From assembly GCA_013265495.1 (NCBI GenBank), contig MU058687.1:1550001-1614000 (forward strand): DNA of 64,000 nt, in the 5' to 3' direction. Shown piece after piece: positions 1 to 12,195 of the stretch (the stretch's first letter is position 1; each line of letters starts with the position of its first letter). The notes under the pieces were generated by a model that searched no databases, was not told the DNA's origin, and was given only the letters and a program-made list of their open reading frames with translations. The position numbers and the translations under genes were made by a program. This DNA comes from Vicugna vicugna. Taxonomy: Eukaryota.

Positions 1-2169
1 CTGCTTTAAAGCAGGGGCTATGCCAATCCCAGTCACTGCTGAATTCCCAGCTTTTACATGGAACCTGGTACATAGTAGGTGCTCAATAATTTCTGAAAAG
101 TTGACATCTGCTGCAAATGGCTGAGAGGGCAGAGGAAGTGGTTGGGAGTGGTCTCTTGGGATGCCCTACTCCCTGCACCCCACCCCAGCGTCACTGAGTT
201 TCAGAACCATGGACGGCTCATCCGAGAATGGGGCTGGAAAGCCCTCTGAGGTTGAGGTCAGGGCGTCTGTGCTTTAAGAGTGGAACCGAGACGCGGAGTG
301 TGGTCACAGGTTGTCTGCGCCTCTGCACCTGCTCCCAGGGAGGACCCCATGCAGACATCTCCTCCTGCAGTCTGTTCCGACAGATGTACTGGACCCAACA
401 GGGTCTGGCTTTGCATTTAGGAAACAAACCACCGACACAATGATAAAACGATGCAGCACATTTATCTATCTGTTTACGATTTATAGCCTCTCCATTTCCC
501 AAAAAACTTTGCAGTAGCTTACAAAATGAACACGATAAGAGAAAGCAACATGAATAGCTGGGAAAAAGCAGTCCTGGTGATATTAGATCATTGATATTAG
601 ATCATTAGATCATTAGGTAGCTTGAGACGTAGTAAGTGTTTTTTCCTTACAATCCAAGTCTCTATTTTGGGACAGTATTTAGCGTTTTTTAAAATACTGA
701 TCTCTTTTTGTTTACCGCCCCCCCCCCACTGCCCCTGGGTGTCTGCTATTTGTAAGTCTTTCCCTGTAGCTGAGATTGGGGTTGGGAAGGAGACTGTGAG
801 CAGCTCATAGCCTCTCTTTTTGGGATTCCAAGCCCCTCTTCAGCTCCAACCTCTTAAGCTCATTCTTGCTCCTGTTCCCTGGCTATAAATCCCCTTTCAC
901 AGCCTGGTGTTAAGATGAAGGTAGTATCTATGGACAAAAAGACAGTCCCAGTATGCTGTAACTGCCCTCATATGAGATGAGAAACCCAATTTAACAAGAC
1001 AGAAGGGGATGGTTGGGCATGGGGCAAGAATGCCAGCCTGGGGTCTGCTGGCTGGTAGCCTTGGCAAGTCACTTCGTGCTTCTGAGCTGGCATCACCTCA
1101 TCTACCAAATGGAATAATTGGGCCCAAACACCCTGGGTGGGTGTAAGAGTTCAATGACACAAAATATCCTCAGAAGGGTGACGTGTTTTGCAAACATGTC
1201 AAACTTAATCAAACTTAATAACATGCAAAGCTTAATAAGGGCACGTGTATCAGGCTACTGCTCTCAGTGCCAGCTGTGGGATGAGGGACACTAAGCCTGG
1301 GTGGGAGCGGGAAGGGGGCTGGGACTGTGCGGTCACTTGGCTCGGGGCTTTTCCTGGAGAGGAGGCCAGGGTACGTCTCATGGTGCCTCAGGGGAAGTTG
1401 AGTTAGCTCCCCCACTGACTTGTCCCTTCATTAAGGCCTGTAGATCACAGGGACCCTTCAGGATGCCTCTGGGATTGGGGGACTGAGCGTTTGACTCTGA
1501 GCCCAGGCTCCTGGGGGCAGGGAAAGTAGGAGGCAGCTTGGAGCCTGGCCTGAACAAGCCTGGACCAGTGAATCTGAAGGAGAAGAGGGGGTCTGTAGGC
1601 CAAGAAGCACTGGGATCTCAGCAAGATTTATATTCCAGAAGCTTCTCTGGCCCACACAGGCCAGTTCCATGCTGATTCATAAAAGGGAGGAAAAAAAAAC
1701 CCCTAGGTTCCAAAGGAGCAAATTTGCAGTAAGTTTTAAAAAGAACCAAAGCCAATCTGAGCTGGAGAAGGGGTTTCCCCCAAACTGTCCCTCCACACAT
1801 CCAGCAATTGACAAAGATGCTGAGAAAGTGCTGGGAGGTGGGCCCAGAGGGAAGGTGGGGAAGGGAAGGGGCAGCTGGGATGGGATGGGGCATTTATCAC
1901 CAGGCCGGCAGTCCATGACCCTTCCCCACAGGCTTCCTGGCTCTGTCGTCCCCTGGTGTTTGCAATCAACTTCTCCATCCTGTAGTACAGTGTGCCACAG
2001 CATGGAAGCAACAGAAATGTTTACCAAGGAGAAAAAAAAAATCTCCAGAATCTTATCACCCCATCAAATCAACTGTTTTCATTTTTCTGGGCTTCCTTCC
2101 ATCCCAGTCTTCATAAGTTTATCATAGCTCTACTGCACTTATGATATTAACTTTTTTTTCCCCCTTTCT

Positions 2170-2330
2170 TAACATTGTGTGATGTCGGGCAAGTTTCAGT
2201 TTCTTCATCTGCAAAGCAGGATCCTCTCAGCATCCACCTCACAGAATTGTATGAGCCTTGAAGGTGATCACAGCTGTAAAGTGTGTGGCACATAGTAGGT
2301 GCTCAGTAAATGATAGCTACAATGATTATT
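2170..2330. mobile_element. MIR (representative copy; others at about 1050-1190, 3480-3620, 5085-5200, 18120-18290, 25060-25215, 27980-28140, 30260-30470, 42220-42460)
   Basis: MIR core cagtttcttcatctgcaaa...acctcacag..ttgtatgag...tggcacatagtaggtgctcagtaaatg. Confidence 0.7.
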
Positions 2331-2984
2331 TCTGGAAACATCTCTCCGGTTTTCATTATAAGTTCTTCTACACTATTAGAAGTTTTAAACTCTTTATATG
2401 TATTAATGCGATAAAGGAAACTGGAACTTATTTTAAAAGAAGTTGACAGCAATGAAATGTATTAGCCTTTAAAGATGTGCATCAGTTGGTGTCTTTCTGG
2501 CTGAGTGGACGGTCACAGGCCATCTTGATGTCACCTTTCTACAAATACAGATTCTACCTCCCTCTCCTCCCATCCCTGTGATGGTCAGAGAATAAAAACC
2601 ACAGGGCCCCTGGGAATCTCTGCTCAGGTGTCTACTTCACTATATATTCTTGGAGAAGTGATCTTTAGTCCTTGAATCAGGGAACTCAAAGTGCTAGGCT
2701 CTTTTCCTACCAAGCTGCAGAGAAGGGGCCATGTTGGGAAACTGTTCATGGGTGCCTCTCTGCATAGATGAGACCTGAGATGAGAGCCTGAGTTGCAAGC
2801 TCAGCTCAGATGCGGTAGATGGGGGCCCACTGAACACGGGATGCTGGAGGCTCTTTGATTTCAAGTGTGGCTTTGGTGAGCCCTAGGCTCCCAGAGTTGA
2901 AGTCTATTGAAAGTGTTTGTGCTGCCATTTCCAGCCCACCTAAGGGTGAATGGGATTTCAGGTATTTCTGGGAAGCTAATGGGA

Positions 2985-3012
<28 letters not shown>
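2985..3012. repeat. (AT)n microsatellite
   Basis: Direct reading. Confidence 0.95.
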
Positions 3013-3020
<8 letters not shown>

Positions 3021-3669
3021 AGATAGATACAGAACTTAAGATTCAAGATGGTCAACCCAGACAAGGTGTCTCTCCCCTTGGGGACTTGGTTCTTTCATTA
3101 GTGAAATTCAATCTGCAAAAATGACCAGTAGTGGAGTTTAATTATTCTTGACTCTGGGAGGTAACTGGCGGTGGGGGAGAGGTCACTGGACATTTGCTCT
3201 CAAGACCTGTCACGTGATACAACACCTCTTCACACTCTAAGTTGGGGGAGCCTTCAGAGGCGCCAAGGCATTTGGTCCAGGACTTCATCAATTCAATTAA
3301 TTGAATGAATGCTGTGTGTCCAGAATGCTCCAGGCACTGCTATGAACACCAGGGACGACACTGACTGGGCTTCGCCCTTAGGGGGCGCACAGTCGACTCA
3401 CAGGGTGTTGCCTGTGAGCATCTTAGCAATGGCAATGGCTGCCTTTCACCGAATACAAACCCTCATGAAATCCTCCAAAAAACTCTGTAATGTATACACT
3501 GATATTATCCTCATTTTTCAGATGAGAAAACTAAGGTGCTGAACCATGAAATAATTTGCCCAAAGTGATATGTCTAGCCAGTGGTGGAGCTGTAATTCAG
3601 TTCAGTCTGACTCTAGACCATCACCACTCCTCCCCCAACTTTGCTTTTTTTTGAGGGGGGCGTGCTATA

Positions 3670-4135
3670 GTCATTAACTGAAATAAAAATGCACAAAGTA
3701 AAAGTTGTGGGTTAAGTTTTATTCCGGAATCTTTCTGAGGACCATAGCCTGGGAGACAACCTCTCTCAGATAGCCCTGAGGAACTTCCCTGAAGGGTAAA
3801 GAAGGAGCCAGGATACATGTGAAGTTTTGCAGGAAAAAAAAAATCATGTAGTCAAATATCAAAAGATTAATACTAATCACAAAGAACAGACATCTCAAGT
3901 TAATGATCTTTGTGATTTTCTATGTATGGGAAGATGCAAGAATCTGGGGTCACTGAAAATTTTCCTTAGATACGCATCATTAACTATCTAAGGGCCCGGT
4001 ATCCAGAGCACAGAATACTTCCTGTTTTTCTCCATCCTGAATTCCCCTCAGGGTGCACTGTCAGTGAGCAGCTGCAGTGGCTAATGGCTCGATCCTTGTA
4101 GAACAGGAATGGCAGGCAACATTTTTTAAATTATG
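3670..4135 (-). mobile_element. ERV1-class solo LTR, MER41-like (artiodactyl MER41_BT type)
   Basis: Blocks such as cagacatctcaagttaatga, ttttctatgtatgggaagatgcaaga and atggcaggcaacatttt match my recollection of this LTR family; poly(A) signal on the minus strand (ttttatt at about 3717-3723). Confidence 0.55.
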
Positions 4136-7100
4136 TAGTAAAACTTTCTCGATTTCATTTAACACAATTTCACATTAAGTCTGTGCATAGATGAACATGA
4201 GAGATAGCTCAACTCTCAATGTAAAAGGGTTTCCTTTCCTATTATTCCTCTGAGTAGAGTTTCAAGGCCCCTCCAATTTGCTGACATTTGACACCTTGAG
4301 ATTTTATCTGCAGGCACAGAAAGAAGCGACATCATCACTGTACAAAGACCCAACTGCACGAGGTTGCAGTAGTCCTATATCACAGTCACTGCCCAGACCT
4401 GTGGTGTTAATTCCTTTGTCTCAGATTTCACTACCATTTTCTTCTTCTTCTCTAAAGTATCAAGATCTTTGAAACTACTTAGGGCTTCTGTTCTCATCTC
4501 TCTTCATGCATTAAAGTAATGGAAGTTGGCAGATTTCCGGTCCCACGACAGCCCAGTCACATGATATCACTGATGGGAATTTCTTTGACATTATAAGTCC
4601 AAGTTTGGCAACCCTCCTGGTACCAGCATTAGAGGCTGCAGACTTAAATTTTCCAGAATTGTAGAACCTTGTGCCATAACGCCAGTCAAGATCCCAGATG
4701 GAGCTGGGAAAACACGTGTTACTTGGATCATCCAGAGCTGACACTCTCCCAGGTGTGCAAAACCCCTGGAAGTGGGACACCTGTTTTTGCAAAGCTAGTG
4801 ATACCTCAGGAAACAGCCATTCTAGACAGTCCATTCTAGATCATTCTGCAATGAGAAGAGCCCACAGAGCATGGCCACCCACGTCCTCATGACCCATGCT
4901 CTTGCCCAATGCACCACATTGCATTTTTTCACCTTGAAACAATTCACAAAGCACCAATTAGAAGAGGGATAGTGTCACACAGACTTCACATTCCAAAGAA
5001 GTTCCAAGCATTTGAAGATTAAAAATTTCATAGGCTTTTAAAGTTTTAAAGCTCCACAAAGCCTTCACTACAGTGAATCAAGTATCCTCAGCCCATAGAT
5101 GAGGAAATTGTGGCTGGATGAACGATGCCCTCAAGGTTACACAGTAAGTTGGTGGCAGAGGCAGGACCAGGTTCCTGGTGACTGATGCTCAGCTCTCGGT
5201 TCTCTCTGTCCCACCGCACGAAGTCCCTCTCTACACCAGAGCAGGTGTGGTGAGAGAAGCCTTCGCCAAGGAGGAGGGGGAATGTGACCTGAGCCTTGAA
5301 GGATGCGTGGAGTGTGGGTGGGCTTGGAAGAGGGGCTGGGCTTCCTAATGCCAGTTCAGTCTCTTTTGTGACTTTTCCAACTGAGCTGTTAGCTCCCAGA
5401 AGGTAACATTTGTCTCCTCCACTTTCTGCCCATTTCTGAGTTCCTGGTGTGGGGCCCGCACAAAGGGACTCTTGGGGGCTGGATGAGGCCCACTCCTCCA
5501 CAGCCTCTCCAGAGGTCTGACTTCGTGTTTTAAGGTGATTGCTAAAGTACTTGGCACTGAATAGAAACTCAGCCTATATTTCCTTTCTGCTTCCTTCCTA
5601 TGGATGACACTTTGGAGAGTGTGTGCCTAACCAAGATTTCTGAGCACCATCCAGGACCTCCAGCCCTCAAAGGACAGGCCTGGCAACCATGTTTGTAAGA
5701 CCAGTTGCTGGCCCACTGTGAGGGGCTGAGTGGCACCAGGGTGGACCCCTGACTCATACTGGACCCATTGGAGACTCTCTCTCAATTTGGAACTGTGTCT
5801 TTGAGGGGCCGCTCTGTCTCCTCTGATGGTTTGAACTGAGGCAATGTCAGCTCAGGAGCTGGGAGACAGCCGTCTTCAGGCATGGAGAAGGCCCGTGCAG
5901 AGAAGGTGGAAAATGAAGCAGTGCTGAGGGGCAGCCGTGCTGAGAAACCCCAAGACCCCAGAGAGAAACTCCAAGAGCTGACCACCCTGTGCTGGGGGAG
6001 GACCCTGCCCAGAGGAGACCTTCACCTCTGTTGAAGGCCCCTCTTCCAGTCACACGAGGCCAGTCTGTTGCCTGGAACCCTTACCGTGCTCTGATGTTAT
6101 CGAGTTTCTGCAGAAGGAGCTCGCTCAGCCAGGTCTCTGACAGAACCACCAGGGGAAGTCCTTGGTTGTGCTTTGTGCTGGAGGAACCACACTCCGGAAG
6201 GGGGTGGCATGTGGTTGACGGGGAACTTTCTTCCCTTTCTTGAAGAGAGAGACCCTTGGCCTGGTGGTCGCAATTTGACCCAGGCTCCAGAAGGCATGGG
6301 ACTCTAGGGACGTTTATTTTATTTTATTTTATTTTGCACAAAGATTTTTAGTCATGGTCTTCACAGTGGCATGAATGGGGTAAAAAGACCCCTGTGGTCA
6401 CTTCAGTCATCATGCTAGGTACCAGCGAATGGAGACAAAGGAGGACCTCCCTGCCTTATGGACATATGGATAGAATTTCATGGCAATGGGAGGAGACAAA
6501 AATACCAAGATAAAGAAATGCAAGAGCAGGGATGGTCCCCCAGGGACAGCCAATGTGGGGGATCAGAGATGTTTCCTGGCAGGGGTGATGATCACGCGGA
6601 GGCCTAGGGGTGAGTAGGAGTTGGCCAGGCCAGTGGGCTAAGGGACAACCCAGAGGAAACAGCAAGAATAGAAGAGCAGAGTCGAGAAAGACAAGGGTGG
6701 CTGCTGAGAAGTACAGTGGACGGAGCACAGCTGGAGCGTGAAGTCCCCAGGTTCTGGCCAGAAGGCTTGGCAGGAAGGAGAGTGACTTTTCAAGGCACTT
6801 GGGGCTTTGTCCTGCAGAGCTGTGCTCACCAAACCTCCATGATTGCGTGCGTCATCTGTTAAATTTTTCTGAGCATGCAAAAGATGTTTGCGTATGTCTA
6901 TTTATAACATAAACACACAGCATGTGTATAATTGTTTGCAAAGCAGTATTGTATATTTATTTACAAAATATTCTTGCTCTTATACTAATATGTTAAAGAT
7001 GATTGTAGCTCTGCTTCCTTCTTACCTTTTTAGGGGAGTAAAAACAAATACACATGGAAATTCTAAACTGGTCTCCACACCTGGCAGCGCATGTGGAGAA

Positions 7101-8249
7101 TCGCTCTGGAGATGTGCTCAGGGCCCCTCGAGGGCCTGGGGCACCGTCCTGCTCCTCAGAGCCGGTCAGGTGTGAACGGCACTGGAGTGAGCTGTCCCAG
7201 CCACTGCTGACGGCCGCTGGGCTGGCTGACTCAGGTCAGGAAACCTCCGGAGCGGGCCCGGGCTCTGCGTTGCCTCCCTGGACATCTAGAAACCCCTGTG
7301 CCTGGTGATTCCCAGCCTGAATTTCTGGATGTGCACAGCACAGTGACAGTGCTTTTTCCTTTTTCTTTTTTTACTTACTTTAACTGAAACCTGGACTTTA
7401 TGGCTTGAGGGCTGACAACAGCAAAGCACAGAACTCACCCAGGCTGCCACCTTCCTATCGACCATACGTTTTCTTTGCCTCTGGCCTGAGCGGAAGGACT
7501 TTTGCAGCTCTGGGGCCCCATCTTGTCCTTGGGGCTGAGCTCCTCGCAGACAAAATGCCTATCAGGGACCTGCAGGTGACATCCCCCTGAGCTCTTTCCG
7601 GGGACTCCAGGAACCACTAAACAACAGCACAATGACACTAACACAATCGACACTGGTGGCGAGGTGACCACATGCACTGGACTAATGACTCTTTATATGG
7701 TCACTGCTCTGTCTAACTCTTCCCAACAAACCCACAGGTGGCTCTACAGATGGCGAAATGGGCCTGGGAGACGCTGGCTCCTTGAGTCACCGGCAGTGCA
7801 GGCTTGGGATAGCCAGGAATCCCGACTCCCAGGCTGCAGGCACTCTTCCCGCTGTGGGAGGCTCAGTGGGCTGGGCTTTGGGACCTCCTCTTCTGTCGTC
7901 ACCGCTTTGCACGTTGCTCTCGTTTTAGGTTCTGCTAATCGAACTGGGACTAAACCAAGTCAGAGGAGAGGAGAACTTACAAAAGGATGGCCTGATGGGA
8001 TTTCCTCAGGACTGGAGGGCATAAAATGGTTTAATTAATTAATTAATTAAATGGCAAAAATTTTAAAGAAATTTTTCATAGTTTTATTGAGATATAACTG
8101 ATACACACACACACACATCACACCTATTTCATGTGAACATCCAGATGACTTTGGACATAGGCATACCCCTGTGATGCCAACACCACAGTCAGGGAAATAA
8201 ACACAATCATCACCTTCAAAAGACTCCTTCTGTCCCTCTGCACTATGAG

Positions 8250-8275
8250 AGTGTGTGTGTGTGTGTGTGTGTGTG
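8250..8275. repeat. (GT)n microsatellite
   Basis: Direct reading. Confidence 0.95.
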
Positions 8276-8305
8276 GTGGGGGGGTGTTAAGAACAATTAA
8301 CATGA

Positions 8306-8470
8306 AGGGGAGGAGGGTATAGCTCTAGTGGTAGAGCTCATGCTTAGCATGTGTGAGGTCCTGGGTTCAATTCCCAGTTCTTCCTCTAAGAATAAATAAA
8401 TACTAAATAAACCTAATTACCTCCCCACCCCCCCAATTAATTAAATAAATACACTTTTTTTAAAAAAAAG
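8306..8470 (+). mobile_element. tRNA-Ala-derived SINE (vic-1-like, camelid)
   Basis: A-box/B-box tRNA head, cctaattacctcccc body, A-rich tail; TSD gaacaattaacatg at 8291-8304 and 8471-8484. Confidence 0.85.
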
Positions 8471-10492
8471 GAACAATTAACATGCGCTATATCCTCTTAA
8501 CAAGCTTTTACGTGCGCAGCACCGTGCCATTTACTATCAGGCCCCGTGCGGTACGGCAGGCCTCCAGAACTCATTCCTCTTGTGTAACTGTGACTTTATA
8601 CCCACTGAACAACTGCCCATCCCATCACCCCTCTGCCCCTGGCAAAAGCCGTTCTATTTTCTGCTTAAGAAAATTAATTCATTAATTAAAAGTTTAAAAT
8701 AAAATTAAAAAAATTTTTTTTAAACTCTAGGGCTAACTGACTGTACTTCAATTAAAAAAAAAACCAAAACCCAGCAATAACAACCAAACACTAGGGCACC
8801 TCCTAAAGCCTGGTCATTGTGCGCCTCCTCGGCTGTACTTTCCGACCAGGAAAGAGGCAGGAGAAGCCACAGGGTGGGTTCACCTGTTGGAAGGAGGTAA
8901 GAGGAGAAACTTTTTCCATGAGATTCCTAAGGCAGAGCTTTTGCGTGGTCGCTATTGTTTTTAACTACCGTAAAAATGGCTCATGTGCGTGGTAGTAATA
9001 TTTCAAACAGTTACAAAAAGGATAAAGAAAATGCCAAAGGGCTCCACACCTCCAGGCCTACCCCTAGACCCACCCTCCAGAGGGGAACATTTGACAGCAG
9101 ATTTGGGGTTTGTGCTTCTGGTGGTTACATCCAGAATTCAAAAATAGGTTTATGTTTTTCTTTCACAACTTACCTACTTTAACTACTATTTAAAGATCTC
9201 CTTACTTTAAATAATGTGGATATTGAATATTGAGGAATTTAATTCAGTTATGTTTCACCTCATTTTTCCCTTCCCAATTTTTATTGATTTACTTGTTTTT
9301 AGTCTATTGGTGATCTTTATCACTGGAAACAATTTACTTAAATCTGTATTTCTTGGTCTGTCACATTTTACAATGTCCTTTTTACAGTATCTCTTGCTCA
9401 CACTTTGTAAGTCATTTGAAAGCCATTGCAGTGGGATTACCTACAAGCACCTGGGTTCGGTTCATCCTGGACCCGAGGTGTAAGATTATTTTAGAAGTAA
9501 TCTTTAGATAATAACAGAATTGGAAAGCCCACTGGTGCATCTACTTTCTCAGCCCCTAACCCTAATCCTACCACGGGACTCCATGGACCCAAGGACACTA
9601 CACTGACCAGTAGAACGAGATAGAAATAAGATTTGTGTATCCTCTAAGACAGGGCTTTGAGACTGGCAGTGAGCACAGAGGGGCTGTTATAGACTCTATC
9701 CCACCTCCACCCGGGGTGGTAACACAAATAAAATGCCCCCTAAATTTATTCTGTGCCTAATTCAAGACCACCAGATTCTGTTTACCAGTACATTCATGAG
9801 AGATTTCCCATTTAGGTGTATTTTTCTGTACTTCAAAGAATAGCTCATAAGGAACAATAATCCTACCATTCCTGAGTGGCCCTTAGTGAGATGACATGGG
9901 CCCAGCCACTAGTCTTGCCACCTGGATTCCTGAGGACCGGACAATTACCCCCACTGTGGGGGGGATGAGACTGAGGAAAGCTGGGAGAGTACAGAGAACA
10001 TGGGCAGTACGGGAACACGTATGTCCAAACAAGGAGACTGTAGAGTTAAGACAGATCACATCCTGTTTGCTGAAGAACCAGAGTGATGAAAGAGTTTCTA
10101 GGGATGTGAATTGGGAAACCTGACAGAGGGAGGGACGCCTGAGACTGATGGGGAGGAGGGTGGCCAGTCTTGTACGAGTTCACTGGTTTTATTGAGCAAC
10201 ACAACCACCAGTCCATCCACACTACCACCCTTTCCCCCAAACAGCCACAGTCTTAGAAACGTCTGAGATTGTCTAAAATCCCAGTCTCTTGTTGATATGT
10301 AATAGTTTCAATTCATTTTTATTATTACAGTGTACAAGCTCACTTGAGAAAATAGTTGTTCACATTGTGGTGCAGAGTCTCCCAATTGTATACGTGAAGC
10401 TCGGCCAACAGTCCAGTCTCCACTGCCTTACCTCTTTGAACAGCAGTCTTTTTTTTCATGTAGCTCTTTAATATTTTATTGCATATTGCTTA

Positions 10493-11500
10493 TGATGGTT
10501 AACTTGGTGTGTCAATTCGACTACATGAGATATTTGGTCAAAGATTATTCTGAGTGCTTTTGTGAAGGTGTTACTACATGGGGTTTACATTTAAGCCAAT
10601 AGACTGAATAAAGCAGACTGCCCTCCTGTTGAGAGTTTAGCTAGGTTTCTCCATGGTATTGCTACCTCGGCATCCGTTTTTGGTCAGCTGGCCTGAGGGG
10701 GCCTTGAGCGAACACTGGCAAGGCCATGCCCTTGATAACAGCCTACAGAGTCACAAGTAAATGTGAGTTCCTGATATGACTTCCCCAGCAGTCCTTGTGA
10801 TCAACAGCACCCCCCACCTCCCAGGGCCTTCTCCTCGGGTGCCCTTTAGATAAGACCCTCATGGAGCATACAAAAACCCAGCTCTTTTTGGCTTAAATTG
10901 ACCAATCCAGATGTAGCCGAGGACCCCCAAAGCACTTCACTCATGGACTCTAATAGCGGTCCTGCCACTCTCTCTGCCTGCACCCTGCCTTGACCTCCTC
11001 CCCTCCAGGTGTGCCCTGTACTTCCTCCAGGACCTATGAGTAATGAGCTTCTCCATTTCAGTTTCTCTTGTGGCCTTTTGTTGAACCAGGGCTCACCAAC
11101 CTGCACCCAGTGCTTTACTTAACAAATGTTAACAAAGTCGTAACACTTCCCTAATGTGGTGGGCCTCATCTGATCAGTTGAAAGCTTGAATAGAACAAAA
11201 AGGCTGACTCATCCCTGAATATGAGGAATTCCTCCTGCTTGATTACGTTCAAGCTAAGTCTTTTGCTTTTTTTTTTTTTCTGCTTTCAGACTTGAATTAA
11301 AATATCAGTTCTTTCTGGGTCCAGAGCCTGCTGGCCTTTGGACTGGAACTACAGCATTGGCTCTCCTGGGTCTCCAGCTACAGATCTTGGAACTTGGCCT
11401 CTATAATTGTGTGAGTCACTTCCTTATAATAATCTCATACATATATATATATATATGACTATATCTCCAATTGGTTATGTTCTGTTTCTTTGACTAATAA
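10493..11500 (+). mobile_element. MLT2 (ERVL) LTR split by a nested LTR
   Basis: tgatggttaact..gtgtcaa start; aaagcagactgccctcc / ctaatgtggtgggcctcatc junction; ggactggaactaca...ggctctcctgggtctccagc; (AT)n and gactaata end. Confidence 0.75.
10627..11145. mobile_element. Nested solo LTR of unidentified family
   Basis: TGTTG...TAACA termini; 5-bp TSD cctcc/cttcc; interrupts the MLT2 cleanly. Confidence 0.7.
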
Positions 11501-11744
11501 ATTGTTTTTTTTCCTAAAAAAATAATGACTGGAAAGGTGAAAGTGCTAAGACTAATCACAAGAAATGCAAACCTTCTAACTTTGTAGTAACTGAGATGAA
11601 AAGTGGAAGTCACTGAACATGCTGAGAGCAGCAAGTCTTTACCCATATGATGTAAAATCAGTCCACTGGATATTTCATTGTAAATGGAGAAAATAATAAT
11701 AACTAATAGGATTGAAACGCTAGAAGTATAACATCAAAGATGTG

Positions 11745-12195
11745 TCTAACAATCCAAAATTCAATCAACAGTTGAATGGATAAATAAATTGTAGAATGTT
11801 CATTTACCGGAATACCAACATCAGTTAGAAGGAATAAACTATAACTACACGCAATAGAAAAATTGCGAGAGTGGACAAAGAATAGAGAAAATCAATGAAA
11901 TTAAAAGATCGTTCTTTAAAAAGGTCAATTAAATCAACAAATAGGGAAATCTATAGAGAAAGAAAGTATTTTAGTGGTTGCCTAGGGCTTGAGAGGGTAG
12001 GGGCAGATGAGAGGTTTGGGGAGTGATGGCTAAGGGGTACAGGGTTTTGTTTTTTTTTTTTTTTGGGGAAATGCAAATATTCTAAGATTGTGCTGTTGGA
12101 TGCACAACCCTGTGAATATGCTAGATGCCACTGTATTGTACACTGTAAATGGGAGACTGTATGGTATCTGAATTACATCTCAATAAAGCTGTTGA
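11745..12195 (+). mobile_element. L1M 3'-end fragments
   Basis: gtggttgcctagggc...tgaattacatctcaataaagctgtt, a typical L1MB-type terminus. Confidence 0.7.

Larger units (their letters stand above)
8080..8660 (-). mobile_element. Old L1 3'-end fragment, interrupted by (GT)n and a SINE
   Basis: ttttattgagatataa start; ctccagaactcattcc...gtaactgtgactttatacccactgaacaac is typical of a reversed L1M 3' UTR. Confidence 0.65.
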
